NCBI GenBank assembly: GCA_001793095.1
Contig: MGHG01000005.1
Location: 6,569-70,568 of the forward strand
Origin: Candidatus Woesebacteria bacterium RIFCSPLOWO2_01_FULL_39_23
GTDB lineage: Bacteria; Patescibacteriota; Microgenomatia; UBA8517
Direction: 5' to 3'
DNA length: 64,000 bases
Notes under the pieces: model-generated
The model's input: only the letters and a program-made list of their open reading frames with translations
Databases searched by the model: none
What the model was told of the DNA's origin: nothing
Position numbers and translations under genes: made by a program
In this document: one piece after another, positions 1 through 9,532 of the stretch
How the letters are laid out: each line of letters begins with the position of its first letter
Numbering within the stretch: the stretch's first letter is position 1

Positions 1-1808
1 TCAATTTCCTTCCTGTGGCTTTTTACAACAGACGCAGCATTTTTATAAGCTACTTCTACGAGCTTTCTAATTTCATTATCAACCTTTTCCTGCATCGCAG
101 GAGAAATCTGTCCCGGTTCGTACCACTGTGTTTTACCCATTTCATCAACATCATACTGCGGTCCCAAGCTGATTGGTCCGAGGTCACTCATGCCATATTC
201 CACAACCATAGCACGGGCAAGTCGAGTTGCCTGCTCGATATCATTAGATGCTCCCGAGGTCATTTCGTTAAATACTTCTTCCTCAGCAGCCCGTCCGCCC
301 AACATGGCAGTTATTTGTTGCAGCATTCTGCTTTTAGTTTCGTGCGTCCGATCAGCTGCCGGAGGAATAAGCGTATGTCCCAAGCTCATACCACGGGCAA
401 CAATTGATATTCGCTGCACGGGATCCATCTTGGGCAAAAAGTGTGTAACTATCGCGTGTCCCGCTTCATGATAAGCAGTAATTTTTTTATCCTCTTCGCT
501 TTGCAATCTCTTTTTAGCAGGACCTAACTTCACTTTTGTAGCTGCTTCTTCAATATCCGCCGCTTCAATTTCTTTTTTATCTGCCCTTGCTGCGTGAATG
601 GCCGCTTCGTTAAGCATATTTTCTAAATCAGCTCCTGAAAAACCGACAGTGCGATCGGCAACACTTCCCCATTTAATATGGCCTGCAAACTTTTTACCTT
701 TAGCGTGAATTTTAAGTATTGCCTCCCGGCCTTCTTTATCAGGCATATCGAGCATCACGCGCCTGTCAAAACGACCGGGTCTCAAAAGTGCAGGATCAAG
801 TAAATCTCCTCTATTAGTTGCAGCAACAACTACAACATTATCGTTAGGCGTAAAACCATCCATCTCAACCAATATCTGATTCAACGTTTGTTCACGCTCA
901 TCATGTCCACCAATGAAACCACGACCGCGTTGTCGGCCTATGGCATCAATCTCGTCGATAAAAATTATTGACGGTGCTTGAGTCTTAGCAGTTGCAAAAA
1001 GGTCACGTACACGACTTGCTCCTACCCCAACCAACATTTCCATAAATTCCGACCCCGCCATTGAGAAAAAGGGCACCCCCGCCTCTCCCGCTACTGCCCG
1101 TGCAAGCAACGTTTTTCCGACTCCTGCAGGACCAAATAAAATTACTCCTTTTGGCGTTCTTGCGCCAATCTTTCGGTATTTTGCAGGATTCTTTAAAAAG
1201 TCGACAATTTCTTCCAACTCCTTCTTTGCTTCGTCTACTCCGGCAACATCGGTAAAGGTTACATTTTGTTTACCCTTAGCAAAAAGTTTTGCCCGCGACC
1301 TACCAAAAGAAAAGATATCCTGCGCGCCTTTATTTTGCGCCCGCATAATCATTAAAAAGAAAACAGCCATTAAACCCAAGGGGAGAACAATGCCTAATAT
1401 TTCGCCTGCAACTTTTGAAAGCGACTGGTCTACCACTGTGTATTTAACGGATGAAGGTTCAATACCTTCCTTGTCAAGAAGTTCTGCAAAACTCTCACCA
1501 GCTTCTTTGGTAGTAATTTTCGCAGTTCCGTCATTATAAGTAAGGACCAACTTTTCATTTTGGACTGTCACTTCGCTAACCTTCCCCTCTTTTATGTCCG
1601 TTAGTGCCTGAGAGATTTCGAGCTTTTGACTCAAATTTTGAACCTCAAAGATGGAAAGGAGGAAGGGAGCAAAAAAAATAAATAGAATAATCGCAATAAT
1701 TACCTTCCACAGGTTTATCCTAAGCTTTATTTCGACTCTTTTTTTAGTTTTGCCTTTATTTTTACCGGTTATTTTTTTAAACGGTAATTTCTTTGTAATA
1801 GAATCCAT
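1..1808 (-). CDS. ftsH: ATP-dependent zinc metalloprotease FtsH (3' end runs off the window)
   Basis: Not in the ORF track because it is open at the edge. Manual translation from ATG at 1808 gives two TM helices, Walker A GPAGVGKT, Walker [25 protein letters not shown] and the zinc motif AYHEAGHA. Confidence 0.95.
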   Translation of the reverse strand, partial: MDSITKKLPFKKITGKNKGKTKKRVEIKLRINLWKVIIAIILFIFFAPFLLSIFEVQNLSQKLEISQALTDIKEGKVSEVTVQNEKLVLTYNDGTAKITTKEAGESFAELLDKEGIEPSSVKYTVVDQSLSKVAGEILGIVLPLGLMAVFFLMIMRAQNKGAQDIFSFGRSRAKLFAKGKQNVTFTDVAGVDEAKKELEEIVDFLKNPAKYRKIGARTPKGVILFGPAGVGKTLLARAVAGEAGVPFFSMAGSEFMEMLVGVGASRVRDLFATAKTQAPSIIFIDEIDAIGRQRGRGFIGGHDEREQTLNQILVEMDGFTPNDNVVVVAATNRGDLLDPALLRPGRFDRRVMLDMPDKEGREAILKIHAKGKKFAGHIKWGSVADRTVGFSGADLENMLNEAAIHAARADKKEIEAADIEEAATKVKLGPAKKRLQSEEDKKITAYHEAGHAIVTHFLPKMDPVQRISIVARGMSLGHTLIPPAADRTHETKSRMLQQITAMLGGRAAEEEVFNEMTSGASNDIEQATRLARAMVVEYGMSDLGPISLGPQYDVDEMGKTQWYEPGQISPAMQEKVDNEIRKLVEVAYKNAASVVKSHRKEI

Positions 1809-1935
1809 AAAATATAACTAATAACTCATAACTGATAACTTATTGCGACAACAGAATTATAACATGCAAATCAGTAGAAAGTAGAACGGAGAAGATAGTT
1901 TGGGAAATTGCTTGCTACTTGCTACTAGCTGCTCA

Positions 1936-2349
1936 CTACATTATTTTCGTTCCATCCGGAACGTTCTCTTTCGGTATTAGTAAGACTGGCGGTGTTGTTT
2001 CACTTGCCTCGCCGCCAGGCGGGTCATCCTTTTCTACAACCATCAGCATCATGCCCTCGCTTATATCACCCTCCGGACCGATCTTTTTCGGTTCCAAATT
2101 AATAATAAAAGGAAACTGCTTCCCTTCCAAATCCTGGGGTTTATAAAACTTCATTATTCCTGAAAATACGACAATTGTATTTTTTTGTCGTCCAAAGCGA
2201 GCAGGGTGAGTCGAAGGATCGTTCTCTAGAGGCCCTATATCTACGGTAAGTTTCATTACCCAATGGCTCCATTCCGGCACTTCAGCCTTAACGACAGTTC
2301 CTATTCTGATATCTAATTTTTGGAATTCACCAATACTTATATCTGACAC
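1936..2349 (-). CDS. tRNA-binding OB-fold protein (CsaA/Trbp111/MetG C-terminal-like) with two in-frame palindromic insertions
   Basis: FQKLDIRIGTVVKAE...NLEPKKI...SEGMML motifs. Confidence 0.85.
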   Translation of the reverse strand: MSDISIGEFQKLDIRIGTVVKAEVPEWSHWVMKLTVDIGPLENDPSTHPARFGRQKNTIVVFSGIMKFYKPQDLEGKQFPFIINLEPKKIGPEGDISEGMMLMVVEKDDPPGGEASETTPPVLLIPKENVPDGTKIM

Positions 2350-2395
2350 ACTGAAGTAAATATAACTAATTAATTAACTTTATTAAAGAAGATAT

Positions 2396-2689
2396 TTACC
2401 GTTGATTCGGTTTTCTAACTCCATTCCTTATGCTCAAAACGAAATTATCGCTTAGTGTGTGAGGAGGTCTAGTAAGATTTTCTAATGTTCTTTTAATATC
2501 TCTTGAAACTAAACCATCTGTACCTTTAATAATCAAGCGCAAAACATTACCTACTTCGCTTGATTCTAGATCTACGCCATCGACTCTAATTCCTCCCCGG
2601 GCATCTTTTATTACTGCTCGTTTTAATAAACTATTGATTACAATTTTTCCTGCACCCTCTGTCTTAGTTTTTATTACTCTCTCAACCAT
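2396..2689 (-). CDS. hypothetical protein (MVERVIK...)
   Basis: ORF track; start moved to ATG 2689, downstream of a TATAAT box. Confidence 0.55.
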   Translation of the reverse strand: MVERVIKTKTEGAGKIVINSLLKRAVIKDARGGIRVDGVDLESSEVGNVLRLIIKGTDGLVSRDIKRTLENLTRPPHTLSDNFVLSIRNGVRKPNQR

Positions 2690-2729
2690 GTTTGATATAT
2701 TATTATAGGAGAAACTTATTGTCAATTCT

Positions 2730-3737
2730 TTAAAGGAGTCCCATCTTTTCTTTAACCTCTTTTAAGGTTTGACCTGCGATATCCCGAGCTTTCTTTGCAC
2801 TTTCCTGAATCACATTGTCAACATAAAACTCGTCCTTTTCCAGCTCAGTGCGTCTTTTTTGTATCGGTCCCAGTTCTTTATAAATCGCTTCAGCAAGTTC
2901 CGACTTTAATTCGGAATATTTTATTCCATCAGAAGTATATTGCTTCTTATAATCTTCTTTCTTTTCTATCGTTTCGAAAAGTTCAACTAATGCAAATAAA
3001 CTTGCAACTCCTCCTGTTTCGGGGATTTTATCTCCTCTTCCAGAATCCGTCGGAACCTTAGCTAACTTCTCTCGTATCTCGTTTTGTGTATCACTTAAAA
3101 GTATATAGCTTCCCTCGACGCTCTTACTCATCTTTCCCTCCCCTGTTAGTGAGGGTACATAGTGACCTTCAGTTTTAAACTGATCGGGTTCGGGAAAATC
3201 TAACTCATACTTCTCATTCATCTTTCTTGCCACCTCGCGCGTGACTTCCAAATGTGGAAGCTGGTCGTCACCAACGGGTACTGCATTAGCCTTGTAAATT
3301 AAAATATCCGAAGCCATTAAAACCGGATAGTACAAAAGCGCCATATTTACGTCATCCGGATACTGTTTTATCTTCTCTTTATAAGTCGGTAAATGCAGCA
3401 TTCTTGCAACTGTCAGTTCTGTTGCAAAAAGATATGATAACTCGATATGCTCTGGAATATGGGATTGGACAAATATTGTAGACTTTGACGGATCAAGCCC
3501 GGCGGCTAAATAATCCAACACAACGTGCCTGATATTTTTCTTTAAATCCTCGGGCTTATAGGGAACGTTTATCGAGTGGAGATCAGCAACCATATAAAAG
3601 GTTTCAAAATCAGGATTTTCCTGCAATGCTAGCATGCCCTTGATTGCACCAAGGTAATTACCTAGATGCAGCCTCGAATTGGCTCTAATCCCCGACAGAA
3701 CACGCTTTCGGGTATTTGTTCTAATATTGTCTTTCAT
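2730..3737 (-). CDS. trpS: tryptophan--tRNA ligase
   Basis: SGIR...HLGNYLGA (HIGH), VPVGDDQLPH and KMSKS motifs. Confidence 0.97.
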   Translation of the reverse strand: MKDNIRTNTRKRVLSGIRANSRLHLGNYLGAIKGMLALQENPDFETFYMVADLHSINVPYKPEDLKKNIRHVVLDYLAAGLDPSKSTIFVQSHIPEHIELSYLFATELTVARMLHLPTYKEKIKQYPDDVNMALLYYPVLMASDILIYKANAVPVGDDQLPHLEVTREVARKMNEKYELDFPEPDQFKTEGHYVPSLTGEGKMSKSVEGSYILLSDTQNEIREKLAKVPTDSGRGDKIPETGGVASLFALVELFETIEKKEDYKKQYTSDGIKYSELKSELAEAIYKELGPIQKRRTELEKDEFYVDNVIQESAKKARDIAGQTLKEVKEKMGLL

Positions 3738-4366
3738 AACTGTTTAATTATTCTCGCTTTTAATCCATAACAATTATATGAGTTTTTTCCTGCAAAAAGT
3801 GGGATAAATCCCTCGCGACATTTAATAAAGTTTTTATACTTACCTTGTTTATCAATCTTACCAAAAACTTCATATAATGTAACTCTCTTTACGCTCGGTT
3901 TATTTAAATTGCTAACTATTCGTATTGTATTTTTAATGGACTTGAAAGAAAAATGCTTTCCTACCTCAACAGACACCCCAGCAAAATAATCTATAAGTGA
4001 ATAGCCTTTCTTAATGTTATATTTCATAAATACAATTTTCGGAATTCCCAGCGTTGAGGCAAATGGTATCATTTTTTTGTCTACAACAATGACAAAAGCT
4101 TCATTCATTGATTGATTTGTATGCAAGTCTATTACTAATTTATTTTTATCTAATCTTCTAACTAATTTTTTTGCCAGTCTTTCCTCATAGGACATACCCG
4201 AAGTACCAAAAGAAGCATTCAAATCTTTTTCAATAAATCTTACATTTTTTGCTAATGCTAAAGTATTGGCAACCACTTGTTCCTCGTTTATACTTGCAAG
4301 CGCAATTATGGGAAGTTTTTCATCTCCGTGTAAACCAGTAACAAATTGAATTTTATTCATAATCAT
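3734..4366 (-). CDS. succinylglutamate desuccinylase/aspartoacylase (M14-like) zinc hydrolase
   Basis: GLHGDE, RF..KDLNASF and VIDLHT motifs; overlaps trpS by 4 nt. Confidence 0.8.
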   Translation of the reverse strand: MIMNKIQFVTGLHGDEKLPIIALASINEEQVVANTLALAKNVRFIEKDLNASFGTSGMSYEERLAKKLVRRLDKNKLVIDLHTNQSMNEAFVIVVDKKMIPFASTLGIPKIVFMKYNIKKGYSLIDYFAGVSVEVGKHFSFKSIKNTIRIVSNLNKPSVKRVTLYEVFGKIDKQGKYKNFIKCREGFIPLFAGKNSYNCYGLKARIIKQL

Positions 4367-5442
4367 CCTTTCTTATTTATTCTCGCCGTTAGTCTTAGAG
4401 ATGGTAAATCAATAAATCTAACGGCATCTTTTTCTCCTTCAATTTCAGTAGATTGAGGATTATAGTTTAAAGTTACTTCGGCTTCAATTTTAGAAAGTTC
4501 GTTGTGAGTTTTAAATTCACAGGCAGCCATGATAAGTGCCGGACATGTTCCACCAAGTCTTCCAGTAATATCCGTAATTCCGCTTAGCGAATCCTCCTTG
4601 CTTGTCTTTCCAAACAAACAATCATAACTGATTCTTGATATTGATGGATTGAAATAGGAATAAAACTGATCAAATTTTTGTGATTTTATAATAGCAATTT
4701 CTTCGTTTCTATTATTAGCAATTGCTGACAAATTACTAATATTTCCCCGAACAACTCTAATTTTTGCCCCCATATATCTATCTCTGCCATCCTCCGGAGC
4801 AACATCATTCTTTTGAAGAGCGAGAAAGCTATATCTTTCCCCTTGCAAATCACAGTAACCAACGGAGATTGTATTTTGGTCATACAAATTTACCTCTAAC
4901 ACGAGTCCTTCTGTAGATATTTTTTCCTCTTGTAATTTATTTATTACAGTTCTTAATTCCGTTTGGTTCTCTACAGTAAACTGGTCCCTACCATCTGACT
5001 CATTGGGAATTTTTATCCTAACAGCTCGAGATACATACCCAATCTCTTTGTATGCTTTTTCTATACCCTCTTTCGAAAAAACCGTAACACCAGGTAAAAC
5101 CAAATCTTCCACTATCTTAGAAAAATTAACCGAGTAAAAATCGGGTGTATTTACTGTATTTGTTTTATGAAGAATTGCTTTATGTACATGACCTATTTTG
5201 TCAATTAATAATCCATAGAAATCATTTTTATCATTTATACCTTTTAAGTGAGAAAGTCCTCTAACTTGAGTTACGGGCGGGACATAGTATACGTTCATGT
5301 TATTTTTATCAATTTCTTCTTTTTCATCAACATAATCTACACCAAAGTAATTAGCTATATATTTAGCAACTAGGCCATTTCTGCCTCGATAATAATTCCT
5401 ATAAGGCAAAGTCGTTGTAACACCCTCTAAATCGAGCTTCAC
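4363..5442 (-). CDS. DUF3182-like putative ATP-grasp ligase
   Basis: YYVP..T...GI...DFYG...HKAILH, VLPG.TVFS, VRIK...DGRDQ and GLVLEVNL, recognised from memory as the DUF3182 pattern. Confidence 0.6.
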   Translation of the reverse strand: MKLDLEGVTTTLPYRNYYRGRNGLVAKYIANYFGVDYVDEKEEIDKNNMNVYYVPPVTQVRGLSHLKGINDKNDFYGLLIDKIGHVHKAILHKTNTVNTPDFYSVNFSKIVEDLVLPGVTVFSKEGIEKAYKEIGYVSRAVRIKIPNESDGRDQFTVENQTELRTVINKLQEEKISTEGLVLEVNLYDQNTISVGYCDLQGERYSFLALQKNDVAPEDGRDRYMGAKIRVVRGNISNLSAIANNRNEEIAIIKSQKFDQFYSYFNPSISRISYDCLFGKTSKEDSLSGITDITGRLGGTCPALIMAACEFKTHNELSKIEAEVTLNYNPQSTEIEGEKDAVRFIDLPSLRLTARINKKG

Positions 5443-5627
5443 TGAAGATTTCGAGCCAAACTAACCCCCGTCCTTCGGCTGCACTCAGGATCTTGGACCC
5501 TGTGACAGACTCAGAACTAGAGGCTCCTTTCCCTACAATCCCTCTAAATTGATCTAATTCTTGTTTTCCCATATTTACTCTCTGTTTTACTACACTACTA
5601 CGTAGTGATGTAGTAAAATCTTGTTAA

Positions 5628-5790
5628 ACAACAAATAGAGCCCTTGCAAAACCACCAAAAAATGATGATCTTACAAGGGCCCTTTCGACTTTGCTCAAGA
5701 CTATAGCCTTCTGGGTGTGCCACCCTGTTTTGTCGACTTATTCCAGTTACCCTCCTTATTTTCGCACTCAGCTTTTAAGTTTTATTCAAA
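5628..5790 (-). promoter_or_regulatory. T-box riboswitch with Trp specifier
   Basis: Antiterminator AGGG-TGGCACA-CCC...GGG-CCCT. UGGC complements the G73-CCA end of tRNA-Trp. TGG codon at 5745-5743 in a short stem I. Overlapping terminator hairpin 5638-5682 is followed by a T-rich run. Lies upstream of the trpS operon. Confidence 0.8.
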
Positions 5791-5849
5791 CACGCTTCGT
5801 GCCAAAATTATCGGAGGGTTGTGTACTATTTTAAGAACTCAAGGTACAC

Positions 5850-5874
5850 AAAAAATCCCGATCAAATCGGGACT
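5850..5874 (-). terminator. Rho-independent terminator
   Basis: TCCCGAT-TTG-ATCGGGA followed by T-run on the minus strand. Confidence 0.65.
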
Positions 5875-6129
5875 CATCTTAAATAAGCAAACCTTATTCT
5901 TGACGAGCTCCACTTCGATTACATTCAATGTAAACGTTACGACACTCGTTGCAGTCTTATTACGGTTTCGCCTCCGTCGCATATTTTTGCGCTCCTTGTC
6001 TCGCCTTAGCTTTACGCGTAGGCGGACGACCCAGTTCCAACCCTCTGGATCAAAGGATTTATTAAATTATGAATGAATGATATCAAAACAAAAATTAAAA
6101 AGCAAATCGAAGCTAAAGGGAAGAAAATA

Positions 6130-6357
6130 CTATTCGATCTTATTAAGAACGTTCATTAAATATTCATCAGTAACCTCAATGCTTGAAACTACACTACCAT
6201 CAACACCCCTAACAGGCATAAATCCATCGCCGTTTGATCCGAACACTAACGGCCTAGCAATAGCCAATCTCCTATTCCTATTTTTTTCTGACAGGTTTTC
6301 GGTTGGAATACCTCCTAAGGCCTGAATAGCTAGTTCTTGAGCTTCTTTACTTAGCAT
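6130..6357 (-). CDS. hypothetical protein
   Basis: ORF track; TATAAT upstream. Confidence 0.55.
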   Translation of the reverse strand: MLSKEAQELAIQALGGIPTENLSEKNRNRRLAIARPLVFGSNGDGFMPVRGVDGSVVSSIEVTDEYLMNVLNKIE

Positions 6358-6440
6358 AAATCTGTAACAATAGAGGTAATTATATAATTAAAATAACTAT
6401 TTGATAAGAAGCCAAAAAGAAGAAATAAGCTTTATTCTCT

Positions 6441-6743
6441 CTATTCAATCTTTGGTATTTTCACTATTGCTTTTGTTCCCGGACCTGCAGGTTTACCCTT
6501 ATTCGTAAAAGTGTTGTCCAGTTCAACTATAATATATAGATCATCCGGGCTCTGTTCTGCTTTCAATTTACCCGCTACCCGCTCTGCAGTATCTTCAGCA
6601 TTAGAGATTATTCTGCCGTCTTTAGTTACACCTCGCCTGTAATTACCAATAAATACCGTTCCCACTGGTAGGTCATAAAACTCCCGAAGTCTTTTAAAAA
6701 TTAGGTCACTCTCTTGTTCGAGTTTCGACTTCTCGGGCGTCAT
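6441..6743 (-). CDS. hypothetical protein
   Basis: ORF track; TATAAT about 9 nt upstream of ATG. Confidence 0.6.
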   Translation of the reverse strand: MTPEKSKLEQESDLIFKRLREFYDLPVGTVFIGNYRRGVTKDGRIISNAEDTAERVAGKLKAEQSPDDLYIIVELDNTFTNKGKPAGPGTKAIVKIPKIE

Positions 6744-6798
6744 AGAAAGATATTATAACACGATGTTTCGAAGCTAAAGGGAAGAAAAAAGTTTTAAT

Positions 6799-6999
6799 TT
6801 ACTTCTTGTTTAACTTTGTGGGTTCTATTTTCACTGAGGTCTCTATTATAACAACTTCACTTTTCCCAACTTCCGAAGGTAGGCGTTGAACTATTCTTTC
6901 TTTACTACTTATAATTCCGATCCTGTGAAGATGATATTTCTCCACAAGTCTTACTTCCCCTCCCCTTCCTGCAATCTTTCTTATTAAATTCATCACCAT
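6799..6999 (-). CDS. hypothetical protein
   Basis: ORF track only. Confidence 0.4.
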   Translation of the reverse strand: MVMNLIRKIAGRGGEVRLVEKYHLHRIGIISSKERIVQRLPSEVGKSEVVIIETSVKIEPTKLNKK

Positions 7000-7002
7000 G
7001 AG

Positions 7003-7120
7003 TGCCAGCGATTGGGATCGACCTACTAATCTTAGCTTTCGGCTTCAGGAACTATTCGTTCACGCCTCTAGCTGCGATTTCAGAAGGGTCAGCCTTTGGC
7101 TGAAACCCTTCACGATTATA
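7003..7120 (-). pseudogene. degenerate 3' half of a tRNA (T-arm and acceptor remnant) interrupted by repeat insertions
   Basis: TAATCGTGAAGG...GGTCGATCCCAAT-CGCTGGC-A; the acceptor strand pairs 6/7 with GCCAGTA at 7289. Confidence 0.5.
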
Positions 7121-7131
7121 AATTTGTCTTG

Positions 7132-7204
7132 TGTCAGCGGGTGGATTCGAACCACCGGCCGCTGCGTTATGAATGCAGTGCTCTAACCACTGAGCTACGC
7201 TGAC
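7132..7204 (-). tRNA. tRNA-Met(CAT) (elongator Met; Ile2 not excluded)
   Basis: Full cloverleaf GTCAGCG/CGCTGAC-A, anticodon arm CTGCA-TT-CAT-AA-CGCAG, T-loop TTCGAAT. Confidence 0.93.
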
Positions 7205-7216
7205 AAACTTGAACTC

Positions 7217-7289
7217 TGAATGATGCGCTCCCCGCCTGCAGTACACTATGCGTAAGCATTACGGGCAAGTACCACTGAGCTATACTGGC
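7217..7289 (-). pseudogene. 5' half of a tRNA-Met-like gene with a 39-nt palindromic repeat in the D-loop, truncated in the anticodon loop
   Basis: GCCAGTA-TA-GCTC-AGTGGTA-[7269-7231 insert]-GAGC-G-CATCA-TT-CA. Confidence 0.7.
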
Positions 7290-7308
7290 GCGTCGAGTTT
7301 ATATTTTA

Positions 7309-7992
7309 CTACAATCGTGTTTGCAATCTCAAACCTTCGATATAACCTTGAATTTTCCTTAAAAAATCTTTACTTTTAAGAACTTTAACTCGTAATAAAC
7401 CATAATATTCATCGGGATGATCGTATATTTTTTTCCACTTCACATTCTGAAAATAGGGTTTTCTAAAATTATTAAGTGGAATATTTGTTAAGTCAGACCA
7501 ATGTCTTTCAATCTCTCTGATCCTAGATCGATGACTGTCATTAAGGGTTACACGTACAGTAAGATCGTTATAGTTATAATTAAAACATTTACTTAACCAT
7601 ATCAAAAACAAATTAATCATTGTTGGATCTGAATTAGCAAATCCAGCCTGACTATCTTTTTTAAAACCCTCGCTCCAATAGAGAGCTATTCCCACCAAAA
7701 ACAGCTCCCTTTTAGACAATAAGCCAACTTCGTTAATCCCCTTTCGTTTTAACTCCTCAACTTTCTTATTAGTTTGTAATTTTATATGATTTATATAATC
7801 TAAACGTTTACCATATAGAGGATCTCTTGCATGACTTTCTAAAACTTTGTATTGCTCTTGGGTTAGAATAATATCCCTTGTCCAAAGACTAACAGAACTT
7901 GTTGATACATTTAATTTTTTTGCTATATATTTAATGCTTAACCCTTTTTTTCTTAAATTTATAGCTTCAATTTTTTTCTGAGATTTTGCCAT
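7309..7992 (-). CDS. N-terminal HTH + single-motif LAGLIDADG-like domain protein (tRNA-adjacent)
   Basis: LRKKGLSIKYIAKKLNVSTSSVSLW (HTH); GIALYWSEG...FANSDP (LAGLIDADG-like helix and first strand); paralog at 55075. Confidence 0.7.
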   Translation of the reverse strand: MAKSQKKIEAINLRKKGLSIKYIAKKLNVSTSSVSLWTRDIILTQEQYKVLESHARDPLYGKRLDYINHIKLQTNKKVEELKRKGINEVGLLSKRELFLVGIALYWSEGFKKDSQAGFANSDPTMINLFLIWLSKCFNYNYNDLTVRVTLNDSHRSRIREIERHWSDLTNIPLNNFRKPYFQNVKWKKIYDHPDEYYGLLRVKVLKSKDFLRKIQGYIEGLRLQTRL

Positions 7993-8088
7993 GTATACGA
8001 GTATTATTGTACCATACGGTCAAGTATTATTCTTGATTATTTTTTATACAGCAGCTATAATCATAACGTTCATTAATATATCAATACA

Positions 8089-8424
8089 TGCGGGGTAGTG
8101 TACGGCTGCACGGAAGGCTCGAAGTAATTGGGCCCTCAGATAAGAAATTATTATGAGTGAATTTGGTCACGGTACCATGTAGTACGTGATCGTGCGCTAA
8201 ATAGTGCGCGACTATATCGGTGAAACCTAAGTGGTAAGTATAAGCGGAATCATAAGGTAACGCCGAGGAAAGATCCTGAATAAAATTGAAGGAAATCCGT
8301 AGAGACTATACGCCAAATACCTAAACTATATTTAGAATGGTAAAGACATAGTCCGATACTCCGGGAAACCGGAGAAATTTTTAAGCATAATCTTCCAGGC
8401 TGGGTTCGACTCCCAGCCCCGCAA
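8089..8424 (+). tRNA. initiator-like tRNA-Met(CAT) interrupted by a group I intron (exons 8089-8119 and 8386-8424)
   Basis: Joined exons give the TGCGGGG/CCCCGCA-A acceptor stem, GAAGG-CT^CAT-AA-TCTTC anticodon arm and CTGGG-TTCGACT-CCCAG T-arm. Confidence 0.9.
8120..8385 (+). ncRNA. group I intron (266 nt, no ORF) at tRNA position 33/34
   Basis: P1 GGCU/GGCC with U.G at the splice site, P3 TTTGG/CCAAA, P7 GAGACTA(8302-8308)/TAGTCC(8349-8354), J8/7 AAGACA, P9 CTCCGG-GAAA-CCGGAG, terminal G8385. Confidence 0.9.
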
Positions 8425-8598
8425 CACATTCGACTCGCTTCGCTCGCTCAGTGCGAGCCGAGGAGAATGTGTGCTGAGCCCGTCGGAGCTCGACTTATTC
8501 GCTCCATTTCAATTACTATTGAAATGTCCACTTAACCAAGTCGGCTCCTCCTCTCAAAATTGCATAGCAATTTTGAATTAACTGCTATACTACTCCCA

Positions 8599-8853
8599 AT
8601 GAAATCCGAATACGATCTTTACGGTGCCAGAAGGAAGGAAGATGAAGAGAAGTGGTTAAAATTAGTTAACTACTATCTTGACTCACTGGAATCCGGAAGA
8701 AAGATAAAACTAAAAGATGCTGCTGAAGCATCCGGTTATACTCCTAATTCAGCCTCTAACCAACTAAAAAAGATCAGAAGAGAAATAAATAAAAATAAAC
8801 TCGTTCTTACAAGAGATGGTAAGTTCATCGAACCGTCAGAAAAAATAACTTAA
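8599..8853 (+). CDS. small HTH-like protein
   Basis: LKDAAEASGYTPNSASNQLKKI resembles an HTH; TATACT just upstream of ATG 8599. Confidence 0.55.
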   Translation: MKSEYDLYGARRKEDEEKWLKLVNYYLDSLESGRKIKLKDAAEASGYTPNSASNQLKKIRREINKNKLVLTRDGKFIEPSEKIT

Positions 8854-8954
8854 TCCATCCCAGCACATTCTTCCCACTCGTCTTTCCTGCCTACCGGCAG
8901 GTCAGTTTTAGCCAAACTCGGCTCGTAGAGCTAATAATCGGGATTGTTTGTTAT

Positions 8955-9308
8955 TTATATGCCAAAAAGATGAAACCATTTCTTCCAGTTTGGATCGGGA
9001 AGGGTGTCCTCTTGCTCTTCAATTTTGGGAGCGAGTTTCCTTACAACCTCGGGTGGTGGGAGAACTACCACTATCTCCCCCTCTTTCGCTAAGCCTAATT
9101 TATCCCTTATCTGCTTCTCAATATAATCGTCGCTTTTCACCTCTTCCAACTTTTTCTCAAGATCTTTTTCCTCTTCCTCTAAAGCCTTTACTTTCTCTTC
9201 TTTTTCCTTAGTCATTCTCTTGATCTCCTGCACTCGACCTATATTCTTGTAGAATGAAAGCGCCAACGAGAGTAGCAAAAAGTAAAAAAGGAATTTTTGG
9301 AATCTCAT
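8955..9308 (-). CDS. ftsB: septum formation initiator FtsB/DivIC family
   Basis: TM helix, coiled coil and YIEKQIRDKLGLAKEGE. Confidence 0.85.
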   Translation of the reverse strand: MRFQKFLFYFLLLSLALSFYKNIGRVQEIKRMTKEKEEKVKALEEEEKDLEKKLEEVKSDDYIEKQIRDKLGLAKEGEIVVVLPPPEVVRKLAPKIEEQEDTLPDPNWKKWFHLFGI

Positions 9309-9532
9309 ATTATAATTTTACAGCTCATTTCAATTTCTTAAAGCTAGGTTATTCCGAGTTCAAAGCAAGATCCAACATCATTCACCTTACATAATTCTAA
9401 CAAGAGTTTGTAATTATTCTTACATAAATAGACTTATAATGTATTGACCTCTTGTGCAAAGATGTGTTAATATACTGCCCATAAGCCTTTAAAAAAGGGT
9501 ATAGATAATTCTCAGGCTTAAGTTCTGCATAT

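Noticed and set aside
15-1255. Plus-strand ORFs 15-407, 190-471 and 1061-1255, and similar antisense ORFs throughout (e.g. 15318-16007, 18704-19186, 23985-24461)
   Set aside because: Shadow frames opposite well-supported genes or structured intergenic DNA; no recognisable motifs.
5399-5572. 57-aa ORF (MGKQELD...) as the frameshifted true start of the DUF3182-like gene or as a Trp leader peptide
   Set aside because: An in-frame TAG lies just upstream of GTG 5442 and outside the repeat, so removing the repeat does not fuse the frames; it has only one Trp codon, and the T-box already explains the regulation.
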